From contig OX337228.1 of NCBI GenBank assembly GCA_946965045.2, positions 2,914,001-2,978,000 of the forward strand: DNA of 64,000 nt, in the 5' to 3' direction. Below, piece after piece: positions 44,391 through 55,037 of this stretch. Source of the stretch: Epithemia pelagica (lineage: Eukaryota > Protista > Bacillariophyta). The first letter of the stretch is position 1; each line of letters begins with the position of its first letter. The notes under the pieces are model-generated. The model was not told the DNA's origin, did not search any database, and saw nothing but the letters and a program-made list of their open reading frames with translations. The translations under genes and the position numbers were made by a program.

Positions 44391-47300
44391 ATGTCGTTAT
44401 CTTTCGCTATTAATCCTACCCTTCGCGGATTAATCTCTCCCGATACGACCCAGTCGTTCCTTTCGTTTTCCCCCTCTGGTTTGTTCAAGCCTGTGGCATC
44501 CACCACAACCTATCCAAATCAGTTCTCCGGCATGTCTCCTCTTCACCCTACCGATCTCCAAAACTCTAAAGACTTTATTTTCTTGTCCCCTGAAGAAAAA
44601 TCCAAGGAAATCCAGAAGGAATTTTTGGCCAATCTTCTTTCCTTGAATTTTGGGCCAAATAATTCCTCTCCCGACGCTACCGTAGTTACTTCCCCTGCCA
44701 AGTATGCCCTGGCTGCAGACTCACCTACTATTGCCGGCTTCCTAGCCGTTGTCCAGCTTGACTCGGCTCCCACCACCGATCCCAGCAAGCTTTCCTCCAA
44801 AATCCCACCCCCATCCGGCCCTTACCTGGTTGTCCTCGGGCCCACGGCGTTTGCCTTCAACGGAAAAGGCTTGCAAGCACATGTATTTTCCGATACCCCC
44901 CAGAAAATCAGCTCCTCGCAGTTTCGTTTTCCTACAACGTTAATTGCCCCCGCGTTCGCTTTCCAATCGGGCATCCGTCCCCAATCCATTTCACAACTTA
45001 ACCCTTACTCGTGGATTACTTCCCACCCCAGTTCCATACTGGCCTCCCTCCGTGCTCACCGAGCCCTATTTTCCACTGTTATCCTTGAACAGTCTACGTC
45101 ACGCCTCCACTCGCCTGACGACCCGTGGCATTCTCTTTGGATCCCCTCCCAAGACTCCCCCCCACATGCCCATCAAATTTTCTCGCGCCTCCATCGCGTC
45201 GACGAACCCATTCTCACAATTCCCGTTGAGAACACTTCTCCTATCGAGGGCTCCTGGATTGCTCTTTCCGCCCTTCCCCTTCCTCGTCATCATCATCTTC
45301 CTATTGGTCTCCTTTTCGATCCTGCCTCCATTCCTGACTCCGCCAGTTTAATTAACGCTATTCTTGGTTGGAATCAAACCTACAACCCGATGCCAGCCAC
45401 TCGTTCTTCCCATCTCAAAGACTTGGCAACAACTCTCTCTTGGCTTGACGTCCCTTTTGTCAACGATTGGCTCCTCACCGTGAGTCAACGCGCCGACGAC
45501 TTTGCTACTGTTTGGCACACTTCCAAGCAGATAGCATCCGACCTCACCACCCTCAAGAACGTCCCCATCTCTACCAACCTTCCCCGTTCTTATCCGGCTC
45601 GTATCCACCCTTATGAAGCCCTGTTTGTGCATCCTTTCTTCTCCCTTACAACCAAGCTTTTCTCGGATGCACTCCTCCAAAACAATCCGTCCCATACCAT
45701 GCGAACCAAATTCTTCACTTTCTTTCGGGAGAAAGCAAACATGCTATCCTCCCAAGACGTCGACCTGTTCCTCCCTCAAAACATCCCTCACGTGGACAAC
45801 ACCCACACATACGTTCCTTTCCTCTTTCGCCCTCAAACACAGTCGTGGTCCACCTCCTACGGTTTCAAATCCTTTTCTTCCTTTGATGTCCAAAAATACC
45901 TTCCGGATTTTTTGAATCACCTCCCAAACGATCATCTCGCTCAACGCGCCATATCCACCCCACACGAGCGGTCACCATCTTCGTCCCTCAACCCACCCCA
46001 ACCCAACACGGTTACCCGTTTGAATGTCGATTCCCCGGACAAACCCTCGCAAAAAAACCCTCCTTCCTCTCCCCAGACACCGGAAGTTCGACCATTCCCT
46101 CTGGAACCTCCCGCCGAAAGCCTCTCTCGTCGTCCTACAGCCTTTCACCCTCCAACGGCTCGCATTCCCTCACCAGCAGCCCTGGACCCCTCGCCACGGT
46201 TTCCTGCACCAGTCCCTGTCTCTCGTGCTCCTCTGCAACCCCAGCAGATGGAACCACAACAGCGTGCTCCTCCACCCCCTCAGCAGCTGGAACCACAGCA
46301 GCCGCCACCTCAACCCCATCAGAATCGTCTCCTCGTCGGTCCGGACCCACCGTCGTTTCCCACCCAAACCTCCTTTCAGCACCTTCCGCCTCGTCCTCCC
46401 TCGCGACAGGAGCATTTCCTCCCCCCCCTTCCTCCCCCCCGCCTCCAGCGATCTCCTTCCACCTCTACAGCCAATGCCTACTCCAACGCCTCTCCTCATG
46501 CACCCCACAACCCACCACGTCGACCCACTCATTATCACCCAGCCTCTCCAGCCATGGAGTCCTACCACTCCCAATCCTTCAACCCCTTGGCGCACCAACG
46601 TCAGGCCTGGGACGCACCCCTGGTTTCCACCACTACCTCACCCTGGTATCTCCCGGTTGACAACCCAACTTGGTTTACGAGCACACGGCTCAAATATGTG
46701 CATTCCACCTTGGCTTCCTCCGCGTATCTTCCCCTCATCCGACGCACCATGGAAGAGCGCGGTCAATTTACTTTTGACCGCTTTATTTTCCAGGACACAG
46801 ACCAACTCCCACCTCATGTAGTCCAATGGGCCTTCCTGGGCATCGTTGCTCTACCTACCGATCTACGTTTGGTTGACCCCAACTTGCCCACAACCACGAG
46901 ACGTCCCTCCTATTCCCACGAGCTTCTCCATACCCCCAGCCATCTCAACAACGATTGGCTGCGCCAAGTTCTGCCCTACGCAGGCGCTGATCATCGCAGC
47001 TCTGCCGCCGAGGTAGCGGCCATTGACCTCCTCGCCGCCGCCATCGAAGCTTCCAAATACCCGGTGGCTCCGTTCCGCGTCGATTTTTCTCAGTCTTTCC
47101 TTCACGCAGAAGCCCCGCGTAAAGCACTGAGAACATTCCGAATCAACGCAGGTCAGACTCTTCATCTCGACGACCCTAAGTCATTATATCTATCCCTTAC
47201 TCCTTGGCACTTCCTATGGTCCATCCCCTTGTCCCCAGAGGGTCGCCTCCCGCAACAAGGTCTCTCCTGCACCCAGTTTAAGCTGTTCTTCCATCATATT

Positions 47301-48359
47301 GTGTTTTTCTTAAACACGGTACTCACCAACGACGACTCCTTCCCCCAATTCCCTCCAGGATTTAGCCCCTTTCTTCTCCGCGGTCCCCTTGCCGGTCAAT
47401 TGCTTTGGGCAGCTCATCAGTTTGATCAAGCTCAAACTCGAGATGCATGGTCGACATTGGCTTCCTCGCAACCCAGTCACACGCTACAATTGTCTCAGGC
47501 CCTTCTCCATCACACCTGTGACCTGTTTCAACAATTCCTCCGCTGGGGCGCCCAGAATCGTACCAAAATAGCTTGCCCTGCCACCGCAGACCCTGAAGGC
47601 TTTGTTCCCCAGTGCACTCTCATCTACGATGTGAGCCCGCACTCAACCGACTCAAATCTCACCTACTGTTTGGATTGGAGATCCACCTTTACCCTATTAT
47701 TTACGGCTCCTACAATACTCTCCCACCAACACACCAACTCCATGTCACCCTTGTTTTGCCGCTCCACCCCCAACTATCTCCTACCATCTCGTCCTGATCA
47801 CCGGGGTGACTCTCGTTCTCCTCTTGAACGCTACGATCGTGCCCAACGGCGTCGCTCTCCCTCGGACCGTCCTCCTGACCGTGCTGCCGACCAACCACCG
47901 CCCAAGCGTGCTCGTTCTGACTCCGCTCAACCCCAGCGTCGCCCTGGCCAAAAAGCTCTCGTCCCGCTTGTCACCCTCACCGCGGCAGGGAAGGAACGAT
48001 ATACCCACTCAGGTAAGCTCCTTGCCGACCTCGCGTCTTCCCTCACCATTCCCCGTTTCGACCAAAAGCAATATTGCTTTATGTACATCGACAAGAACTC
48101 TGTTGTCGGGTGCACCGGTCCCCATCGTTCACGCACAAACTCGGAAGGCCAACCGTTGCAATGCAATCGACACCACGTCTGCCTTTCTCCCCAGGCTATC
48201 TCCAACTGGCCCCAATCCTCCCTTAAACCGCTCTGGGAGTTCTGTCACCATGATCGCGTTCGCCACCTTCTCCAACCTACACCGGAATTTGCAGCCCACA
48301 TGGCTTCAGACCGTCCGAACCGTCCAAACGCCCCTCAACAACCCCCGCCCTCGTCGTGA
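44391..48359 (+). CDS. YR-retrotransposon ORF1 (gag-like, Pro-rich, C-terminal Cys/His cluster)
   Basis: Open frame 44256-48359; plausible ATG at 44391. Ends with YCFMYIDKNSVVGC...CNRHHVCL. Confidence 0.7.
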   Translation: MSLSFAINPTLRGLISPDTTQSFLSFSPSGLFKPVASTTTYPNQFSGMSPLHPTDLQNSKDFIFLSPEEKSKEIQKEFLANLLSLNFGPNNSSPDATVVTSPAKYALAADSPTIAGFLAVVQLDSAPTTDPSKLSSKIPPPSGPYLVVLGPTAFAFNGKGLQAHVFSDTPQKISSSQFRFPTTLIAPAFAFQSGIRPQSISQLNPYSWITSHPSSILASLRAHRALFSTVILEQSTSRLHSPDDPWHSLWIPSQDSPPHAHQIFSRLHRVDEPILTIPVENTSPIEGSWIALSALPLPRHHHLPIGLLFDPASIPDSASLINAILGWNQTYNPMPATRSSHLKDLATTLSWLDVPFVNDWLLTVSQRADDFATVWHTSKQIASDLTTLKNVPISTNLPRSYPARIHPYEALFVHPFFSLTTKLFSDALLQNNPSHTMRTKFFTFFREKANMLSSQDVDLFLPQNIPHVDNTHTYVPFLFRPQTQSWSTSYGFKSFSSFDVQKYLPDFLNHLPNDHLAQRAISTPHERSPSSSLNPPQPNTVTRLNVDSPDKPSQKNPPSSPQTPEVRPFPLEPPAESLSRRPTAFHPPTARIPSPAALDPSPRFPAPVPVSRAPLQPQQMEPQQRAPPPPQQLEPQQPPPQPHQNRLLVGPDPPSFPTQTSFQHLPPRPPSRQEHFLPPLPPPRLQRSPSTSTANAYSNASPHAPHNPPRRPTHYHPASPAMESYHSQSFNPLAHQRQAWDAPLVSTTTSPWYLPVDNPTWFTSTRLKYVHSTLASSAYLPLIRRTMEERGQFTFDRFIFQDTDQLPPHVVQWAFLGIVALPTDLRLVDPNLPTTTRRPSYSHELLHTPSHLNNDWLRQVLPYAGADHRSSAAEVAAIDLLAAAIEASKYPVAPFRVDFSQSFLHAEAPRKALRTFRINAGQTLHLDDPKSLYLSLTPWHFLWSIPLSPEGRLPQQGLSCTQFKLFFHHIVFFLNTVLTNDDSFPQFPPGFSPFLLRGPLAGQLLWAAHQFDQAQTRDAWSTLASSQPSHTLQLSQALLHHTCDLFQQFLRWGAQNRTKIACPATADPEGFVPQCTLIYDVSPHSTDSNLTYCLDWRSTFTLLFTAPTILSHQHTNSMSPLFCRSTPNYLLPSRPDHRGDSRSPLERYDRAQRRRSPSDRPPDRAADQPPPKRARSDSAQPQRRPGQKALVPLVTLTAAGKERYTHSGKLLADLASSLTIPRFDQKQYCFMYIDKNSVVGCTGPHRSRTNSEGQPLQCNRHHVCLSPQAISNWPQSSLKPLWEFCHHDRVRHLLQPTPEFAAHMASDRPNRPNAPQQPPPSS

Positions 48360-48416
48360 CTACCGGCACATCATCGCCCAGGTTCGACTTGCGCCCGTTC
48401 GCCGTGGTCTGATGAA

Positions 48417-51269
48417 ATGCCTCCCACTTCACCAGAGAAATTTTATCCCACCTCTACGGCAGATCTTCTCCTCTCCCTTCCCGCTCCCACTACTGAGGCT
48501 GTCCCTACTGTCCCCAAACTACCAGTATTTCCTTCTCACCCACGTGCTGCCCCCTCTCGGGTCTCCTATGAGTTGCCAACGTTGCACACGGTGTTAACCA
48601 CCGTCAACCCCTTTTTGACCGACGCCGATCGCTCCCAACTCCTCCTTGCCTCTTCCTCCTTGGTGCCCAACTGGGGAATTCTTCCCCTGTTCCCTCTCTG
48701 GTCGTTCACACACCATCGCAAACGAATTGGTTTCGGTCCTGACCGTCTCAACGTCGGCACATCCCATGCTGCTCCTGACGGCACTCCCCTTGCGGCAACC
48801 GCACCCCATGTTGTTTCCCCTGAATTGCTCGGCCACTACGCATGGGATTTTTTGTCCCCACAGGACCAACAAAACCTAGTCGCCTCCTCGCCAAGCTTCC
48901 ACTTCTATCATCGTCTCCGCGTTGCTGCTGCTCATGGCACCTCTCTCGCTGTCTGTCGCATACCCCCCTGCGAAGACAAATCCCAACCCCTTCCATTCCG
49001 TAAGGCTTTTCTGCTTGCCGTTGCCCTTTGTCGCGCAAACTTTGTCTATGCGGACATGTACCGCTGGCTTGGCGGAATCTACAATAATCATCACAGACGC
49101 CTGGCAGACACCTTCGACATCATTGACCGCGTCAAAGCTTTTGAGCCCCCACCGGACTATCCACGGTTGGACTATGCCCGCACTTGGCAACTTTTTCACC
49201 TGGGCGCCCCTCTCGCAGGCCACTATTCCTGTAGTCGCGTTGCCGTTTCCCAACGCAACCTCCTTGACAACTACCCCGGGGTCCAAGAAAACTTAGAGGA
49301 AATCACCAAAAAGTTCAAGAAAGAGGAACAGCTACAGTATCATCTTTTCCTTCCCCGAATTATCTGGCGGTTCCTCCCCGGTCTTTTCCTTTCACTCATT
49401 AACTGGGTAGCGCCCAAACCCCACCGCATCGGCGACACCGGCCGCTTGTGCATCGATCCAAGCTCCAAAATCACAGACACTGATGACGGCAACACCAATG
49501 CCCAAATTCCAGATGCTGGACATGACGATGACTGTAACCCCGCGGTGGCTTACGGCACGGCTTTCCTACGCTTTTTGCGGTACATCTACAATCTGCGTAT
49601 TGACCATCCCTCGGAAGACATACTGCTCAGCGCCGATGATATCAGTGCCGCCTTCCGTCGGGTCACATACAACCCCAACGCTGCCTTAGCATTTGCAAGC
49701 GTCCTCGGCTGGTTCCTAATCATACCCATTGGAATGATTTTTGGCGCCAAAAACAGTCCTTCCTACTACATGCTACCGGGGGAGCTACGAGCCCATCTCT
49801 CTCGTTACCTTGCCGAGCTCACTTCCGCTCGTACTCTCTTGGCTGACACCATTGCTATCCCACCCCCTCCGTCCCCCCGCACCCTCAGAACCTTAACGAC
49901 CGCCACTCCCGACGCTCTCAATCAAGGCACCTCCCACTTGTTAGCATCCCAACCGTCCTCCTTTCCTCGTCCGGTGTATGCTCCGTTCGTTGACGACACC
50001 GGTGGAGCGGCCATCCGCTCGGAGATCCACCGGTTAGTCAATAGCAGTATTCTCGCCGCATACGTCACCTTCGGCTTCCCCGACGAAGACCCCCATCGAC
50101 CCGACCCTATTAATCCGATAAAATTTGTGCGTGACATTAGTCACAGCCTGAAATTCCTGGGGTATATCATCAACACTCGAACTATGACAATTTCTTGGCC
50201 GTCCCATAAACAGACACAACTACAGGTCTATCTTCAACGCGCCCTCGATCTTCCCACCACGCCCTCCGACGGGCGTCGGCTTTCACCGCAAATGGCGGCC
50301 ACGATTCTGGGCCTCGTCCGTCACAGCGCCCCAGTCTCACTCTTAGGCATCTACTACACATTATCCCTACAGTATGCACTCAACGACCGCCTCCGTGCCA
50401 CCGCAGCAGCAGGCAAATCCACCCGTGCCGCCTCTTTTTGGCACAAAACCCGGTTCACCCTCAACCGAGAAACCGTTATGGACCTCCGAACGCTCTTGGC
50501 CACCCTCCATTCTTCTCGGACCCACATTTGGACCCGTCCCATCGCTTTATGCATCCCGCGGGTTTCGCAATTTGAAATTTTGGGCGACGCCTCCATTGAA
50601 GGGCTGGGAGGCTGGTTATCCACCCACTACCCCTTCATGTGGAGACTGACCAAACCCGACTTACTTCGCCTGGGCTTCATCCTGCCAAAAGATATGCAGT
50701 CCACCAAATTATCCGATCCAACTCAAGACACGCCCGATGCCCTGTGGCACATCAACTTGCTTGAATTCGTCGTCCTTCTCATAAACTTCTGGTTCCTGCA
50801 GCGAGTGGCTTCTCACGCCACACCGCAACCCCAGACCCTTGTCATCTCCATGCGCACCGACAACACGTCGGCGCTCTCGTGGCTCTCCCATGCCGCCCGT
50901 GCCAAGCGGCCCGCAATTCGTCGTCTTGCTCGTCTTTTTCAAGCCATGCTCACATCTGCCCCTATTCCCGTTCAATTACAGGCCTCGCATATTGCGGGCG
51001 AGCTCAATCACAATGCCGACCTGTTGTCCCGCCCGTCCCTTGCGCCCACTTGGGCCTCCGTTATCGAGCAGTCCAAGCCAGTGCTGGACCCATCCACCGC
51101 CTACCGCGTGCCCTCCAGGTTGCTATCAGTGATATTAACAAGCTTCAAATTCAACAGGACCGAGGACGAACTAGGAACAAGAATGATCGAACTTTGGACT
51201 CTCGAGGCGCTCACTTTTCCCGATGGTCCGCTCGCAATTACCTCACCCCCGAACTTTTATCTCGCCTGA
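48417..51269 (+). CDS. YR-retrotransposon reverse transcriptase / RNase H
   Basis: RT: GRLCIDPS, ADDISAAFRRV, PIGMIFGAKNSPS, PFVDD, KFLGYII. RNase H: GDASIEGLGG, HINLLEF, RTDNTSALSW, HIAGELNHNADLLSR. Confidence 0.88.
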   Translation: MPPTSPEKFYPTSTADLLLSLPAPTTEAVPTVPKLPVFPSHPRAAPSRVSYELPTLHTVLTTVNPFLTDADRSQLLLASSSLVPNWGILPLFPLWSFTHHRKRIGFGPDRLNVGTSHAAPDGTPLAATAPHVVSPELLGHYAWDFLSPQDQQNLVASSPSFHFYHRLRVAAAHGTSLAVCRIPPCEDKSQPLPFRKAFLLAVALCRANFVYADMYRWLGGIYNNHHRRLADTFDIIDRVKAFEPPPDYPRLDYARTWQLFHLGAPLAGHYSCSRVAVSQRNLLDNYPGVQENLEEITKKFKKEEQLQYHLFLPRIIWRFLPGLFLSLINWVAPKPHRIGDTGRLCIDPSSKITDTDDGNTNAQIPDAGHDDDCNPAVAYGTAFLRFLRYIYNLRIDHPSEDILLSADDISAAFRRVTYNPNAALAFASVLGWFLIIPIGMIFGAKNSPSYYMLPGELRAHLSRYLAELTSARTLLADTIAIPPPPSPRTLRTLTTATPDALNQGTSHLLASQPSSFPRPVYAPFVDDTGGAAIRSEIHRLVNSSILAAYVTFGFPDEDPHRPDPINPIKFVRDISHSLKFLGYIINTRTMTISWPSHKQTQLQVYLQRALDLPTTPSDGRRLSPQMAATILGLVRHSAPVSLLGIYYTLSLQYALNDRLRATAAAGKSTRAASFWHKTRFTLNRETVMDLRTLLATLHSSRTHIWTRPIALCIPRVSQFEILGDASIEGLGGWLSTHYPFMWRLTKPDLLRLGFILPKDMQSTKLSDPTQDTPDALWHINLLEFVVLLINFWFLQRVASHATPQPQTLVISMRTDNTSALSWLSHAARAKRPAIRRLARLFQAMLTSAPIPVQLQASHIAGELNHNADLLSRPSLAPTWASVIEQSKPVLDPSTAYRVPSRLLSVILTSFKFNRTEDELGTRMIELWTLEALTFPDGPLAITSPPNFYLA

Positions 51270-51916
51270 CCGATAACGAATGCATACACATCCTCCACCT
51301 TTACCTACATCACGTCACAAACGGCGAGAACTACTACAGGAGGTCCGACCTAGCGGCAGATACCATTCAATCTTACGTAACTGCTGCCCATTCCGCACTT
51401 CAGGTTGCCCTCAACCGCCCTGTTAACATCTCCAACCCAACCAACTCAACCCTGCTACACCCATTGCTATCCGACCCATTACAATTCCATCGTCGCTGGC
51501 AACGTCCACGCGATCGTAAGGAACCCATCACCGATGCCATCCTTAGCGTGCTCTATTACCGTGCAGTCGGGGCCCCTCCTTCGTCACTTGACGCAACACT
51601 CTTCGACTGGGTCCGGCTTGGCCTCTTCACCGGCTCCCGTGCCAGTGAATTTGCCCAAACCTCTGGCTCAAAGTTTGTCTTTGCGGCCGTTCCCAATTGT
51701 CCCAATGATCCATCCTGGAACGATCAACCTATTGCCTTTGTCTCCAGTGACTTCGTCTTCTTGACTCAAGCAAACGACATGATTCCACTTGCTTCCCTCC
51801 CCAAACACGAACACACCGTCTCGGCAGTCCAGATCCGTTTTCGGCATGACAAAAGCGCTCATAATTTCACGAAACGCATCTTCCGTCGTTCCGGCCACTC
51901 ATATCTCTGTCCCGTG
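51150..51916 (+). pseudogene. Tyrosine recombinase ORF, truncated before the HxxR and catalytic Tyr motifs
   Basis: LAADTIQSYVTAA (SAM-like core-binding region), RKEPIT, LGLFTGSRASE (catalytic Arg), IRFRHDK and LCPV, then the junction with the duplicated block. Start coordinate is approximate. Confidence 0.8.
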
Positions 51917-53187
51917 CTCATGCAGTGTAGTTCACAGGAAAACGTCAAGAAATGAGGTGTTCCTGTCCTGATGAATTAGATTTTCAATGGAGTTTATGTT
52001 GAAACTCAAATAAACCGTGCCGTAAAAGCAACTCTTTATAGGCTTATTGATCTACGTAAACTCCATTGAATGAGCTCTTGCTCAGTTTCGTTGTCATAGC
52101 GTTGCTTTTGCCACGTCGCCTGACCACAGTCCAAAGATTCGCATCTTGTCCTTCTTCCTTGTCCTGTTTGGTCGCGCCTTGGTCCTCCATGACTACCGGT
52201 TGCTCGTCTATCCTCAACAGCGGCACCCAAAGAATTCACATCATTCTGATGAAGACAGCCGTAGTCAGCAGCGTCATTTATAATCGCCTTTCAACACATT
52301 TCACGGTGAATTAGATCTAATGCTATCCCATATGATACCATTGTGAGATGGGTCCTAACTTGGATTCTGACCAATCGCGTTTTAGTCGCATAAGAAAGAT
52401 CCAAACTGATGTCAGCGGTCCGGTGTGGTGTCAACAATTCAACAACATCCCAATCGTTGAAGAATTATACCTTCGAGCAACCCTCTGCCCTATTACTACT
52501 TGGCTAATCTATCTTTGGAGCAAACCCATTCATTAGCATGGCGGCACACCGAGATTGGAGAGCATTTCTGTGGATCACAGCTCTTCTGTGGATACACTCC
52601 GCCATCCTTGTCGTTCCCGTCGACTCATTCACGGCAATCTCGACAAAGGCGGCGGATTTCACCACAAGAACATTACTTCTTCAGCAGACCCGTCGAGCCC
52701 CAAGTGTTCTGGTGCTTTCGGCCAAGAAGAAACGTCGTCGAAAGCAGGCCAGTGTAGGTGATGCTTCCAGTGGGGCCGATGCTCCGGATGATTTGCCAGA
52801 TTTTGAGCTCAAAGAAGAGACTGTCAGCAATAAACCACAGCCGGCAAAGGCACAGCCGGCAGTGTCCGATCGTCTTGACGAAATCACTCCTGCCATGATG
52901 TCACAAGGCTTGTCGCAGCAACCAGCACGATCGGTCAGGGACTTGATTGCCGATCGATCTTTGGAAAAGATGTTTGAATTCGAAGCGGGAGATGACGACA
53001 GTGATGAAGCTCTTCCAGACTTGGTGGAAATGATGAGAAACCAGGCAACCGCTGCCACAGCATCTTCAACCATACAAGGTACAGATTCCACCGTGGGCAA
53101 GAAGAAGGCTCGACAAGCCGAACGTAGAGCGGCAGCTCTGGCGCGAGAAGAATTGGAACGTGAAGAAAATAAAAATATCCTGGATGA
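51917..53187 (+). repeat. Direct segmental duplication, copy B
   Basis: Matches 42924-44195 apart from a few differences seen by eye, including 1 LTR substitution and a 1-bp indel near 43375/52363. Confidence 0.93.
51997..52219 (-). repeat. Third copia LTR copy with about 80 bp of leader (part of the duplication)
   Basis: Same 223-bp sequence and same right flank GCGGCACCC; keeps the 14-nt PBS-position complement. Confidence 0.93.
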
Positions 53188-53359
53188 CTTATTGGGAGGC
53201 ATTCCGTTTTTGGTGGATAAAGAAAAGGGAGAAGATACTCCGCTCAAAATTGTCGAAGCGGGAACTTGGTTCTGCATTGGACTCTTGATTTCATGGGAAA
53301 TTTACATCAATTCACCATTCTTTGATAGAGTGGCGCCCCTGGCTCCCATTGTGTACTAA
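52538..53359 (+). CDS. Probable plastid-targeted membrane protein of unknown function
   Basis: Signal peptide ending VDS-FTA (ASAFAP-type), a Ser/Thr/Arg transit peptide, and a C-terminal TM segment GTWFCIGLLISWEIYINSPFFDRVAPLAPIVY. Confidence 0.8.
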   Translation: MAAHRDWRAFLWITALLWIHSAILVVPVDSFTAISTKAADFTTRTLLLQQTRRAPSVLVLSAKKKRRRKQASVGDASSGADAPDDLPDFELKEETVSNKPQPAKAQPAVSDRLDEITPAMMSQGLSQQPARSVRDLIADRSLEKMFEFEAGDDDSDEALPDLVEMMRNQATAATASSTIQGTDSTVGKKKARQAERRAAALAREELEREENKNILDDLLGGIPFLVDKEKGEDTPLKIVEAGTWFCIGLLISWEIYINSPFFDRVAPLAPIVY

Positions 53360-53546
53360 GTTGGCGAAACAACGTGAGGTAGCACTTTTGCCGTGATGGA
53401 CCGATGCATAGAAACGACAAACTGGCTGTTGTGGATCGACAACCATCGGTCTCTCATATTCTACTATCAACAAAAGCAATAAAAGAACGCAATCGTGACG
53501 GTTAAGACGACACACAATTCCCCTCATATTATCTCCTATTACCATT

Positions 53547-55037
53547 TCAGGATTCATCGCTGTTTCCCTCAGTTTCTGTATCCATACTGTCTAATTTTTG
53601 TTCGTCCTGTGAGTTATCCTGTTCGGTTGGCTCGTGAATACCCGGCGATGTTTGTTGTTGTTCCTGTAGCGCTCTTCTTTCGATTGACTGGAATTGTTCT
53701 CCTTCTCTTGCACTTCCTCCCACCAGAGTTGGTGGAACACTGCCGGGATTTTGTGGCTCATTGTTAGTGACCTCATTGTGTTCATGGTCAGCCCTATTGT
53801 TTTCGTTTTGTTGTGGAGTACTGGTTTCTCGTGGAATCCCTGACAAAGCTGCAGTGAGCATGTCCAACCCATTCATATGGCTATATCTCGGGGCGACAAC
53901 AGAGGTTTGCGAGCTGGGTTGAGAAAGGTGCTCTCCCTCTTGTGACTGTCCGTGCAGGTGCAGCGCCTGCACGTTACGCTTGTCTGCTGGCTCTGAGCCA
54001 CTCGTCATGAAAGCCGCAGTAGGATCGAGAGTTTTCGGCCGATCGGACTCACAATCCAAAGGACTTCTTCCGAGATCATGAGTCGATTCCATCGTCAGTC
54101 CTTGCAATCCACGAGGCTCAGGATTCGACAAGTCAGGAGAAGGACTAGGAAAACCATATTGCTGTTGTTGTCTGGGATCTTGTAGCACGGACATTATTGA
54201 GGGGACACTGGCGTTGGATGACACGGTCAAGGAGGCTATGGTTATTGCTTTGCGTACAAGGACCTTGCTCTGTTCGATTAACGAACTAACTAGGACAGCA
54301 GTATCGATTTGCATTTCTGCACCATATATCAGTGAGAGTTCGATATGCTCTATTGTTGTGGTAGAAACTGCTGCCACTATCGTGCCCTGAGATTGCAAAC
54401 GAATCGTGTTTTGACTTCCAAACACATTTAGATCCACAACAGCGTCCATGGTGACAGGTGCGACATACTTGTCGTTTTCAATCCATTTGGGGAAAGATGA
54501 AGTTTGAAAGGTTGTCACTATTGTCGTTGGAACAATAGGAATTGGATTGGACAACAGCTGCCCTATCATTGGGTGGTCCAGGGGCATATTCAGTCCTTGG
54601 GCCGATGAAGACTCGACCAAAGCCAAAACCGAAGACCGCAGTCTTGAGTCGACCAAAAACATAAGTGATTTGCTGAGATTCCAGAGCAACTTTATCGGAA
54701 CGTCTCTCAGTTCATCTCTGGTTACTTCCACTGGGACTTTTAAATTGTTTGCCGCCACATCTGCAAGGAAAGGTCTTGATGAGGTCTGCGGAACCGAGTC
54801 CATAGTTCCCTTGTTGAGCAGAAGGGATGGAACTCTTAGACATTTATAAGTACACAAGGATGGATGAAATAGTTGGTGGATTTTTTCAGTTGAAGCGTGC
54901 AGTGGTTCACGGACGCCACTACCCGACAGATTCAAAGCAGAAGAAAGCAAGGTAGTCAAGTCATTGACAAGCAAAGCCTCCTTCGATGCAGTGGCACTGG
55001 ACCTGTTCGATGATGGATTTGAAAGCAGCATTTTCAA
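53547..55037 (-). CDS. Hypothetical protein (globular N-terminal half, low-complexity C-terminal half)
   Basis: 496-aa ATG-initiated ORF containing NLSKSLMFLVDSRLRS...IDTAVLVSSLIEQSKVLVRKA. No function recognised. Confidence 0.65.
   Translation of the reverse strand: MKMLLSNPSSNRSSATASKEALLVNDLTTLLSSALNLSGSGVREPLHASTEKIHQLFHPSLCTYKCLRVPSLLLNKGTMDSVPQTSSRPFLADVAANNLKVPVEVTRDELRDVPIKLLWNLSKSLMFLVDSRLRSSVLALVESSSAQGLNMPLDHPMIGQLLSNPIPIVPTTIVTTFQTSSFPKWIENDKYVAPVTMDAVVDLNVFGSQNTIRLQSQGTIVAAVSTTTIEHIELSLIYGAEMQIDTAVLVSSLIEQSKVLVRKAITIASLTVSSNASVPSIMSVLQDPRQQQQYGFPSPSPDLSNPEPRGLQGLTMESTHDLGRSPLDCESDRPKTLDPTAAFMTSGSEPADKRNVQALHLHGQSQEGEHLSQPSSQTSVVAPRYSHMNGLDMLTAALSGIPRETSTPQQNENNRADHEHNEVTNNEPQNPGSVPPTLVGGSAREGEQFQSIERRALQEQQQTSPGIHEPTEQDNSQDEQKLDSMDTETEGNSDES

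Larger units (their letters stand above)
44196..51916 (+). mobile_element. Tyrosine-recombinase retrotransposon (DIRS/Ngaro-like), 3'-truncated within the recombinase
   Basis: ORF1 (gag-like), ORF2 (RT-RNase H) and an overlapping YR ORF. The sequence is markedly C-rich compared with the host. Confidence 0.88.
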
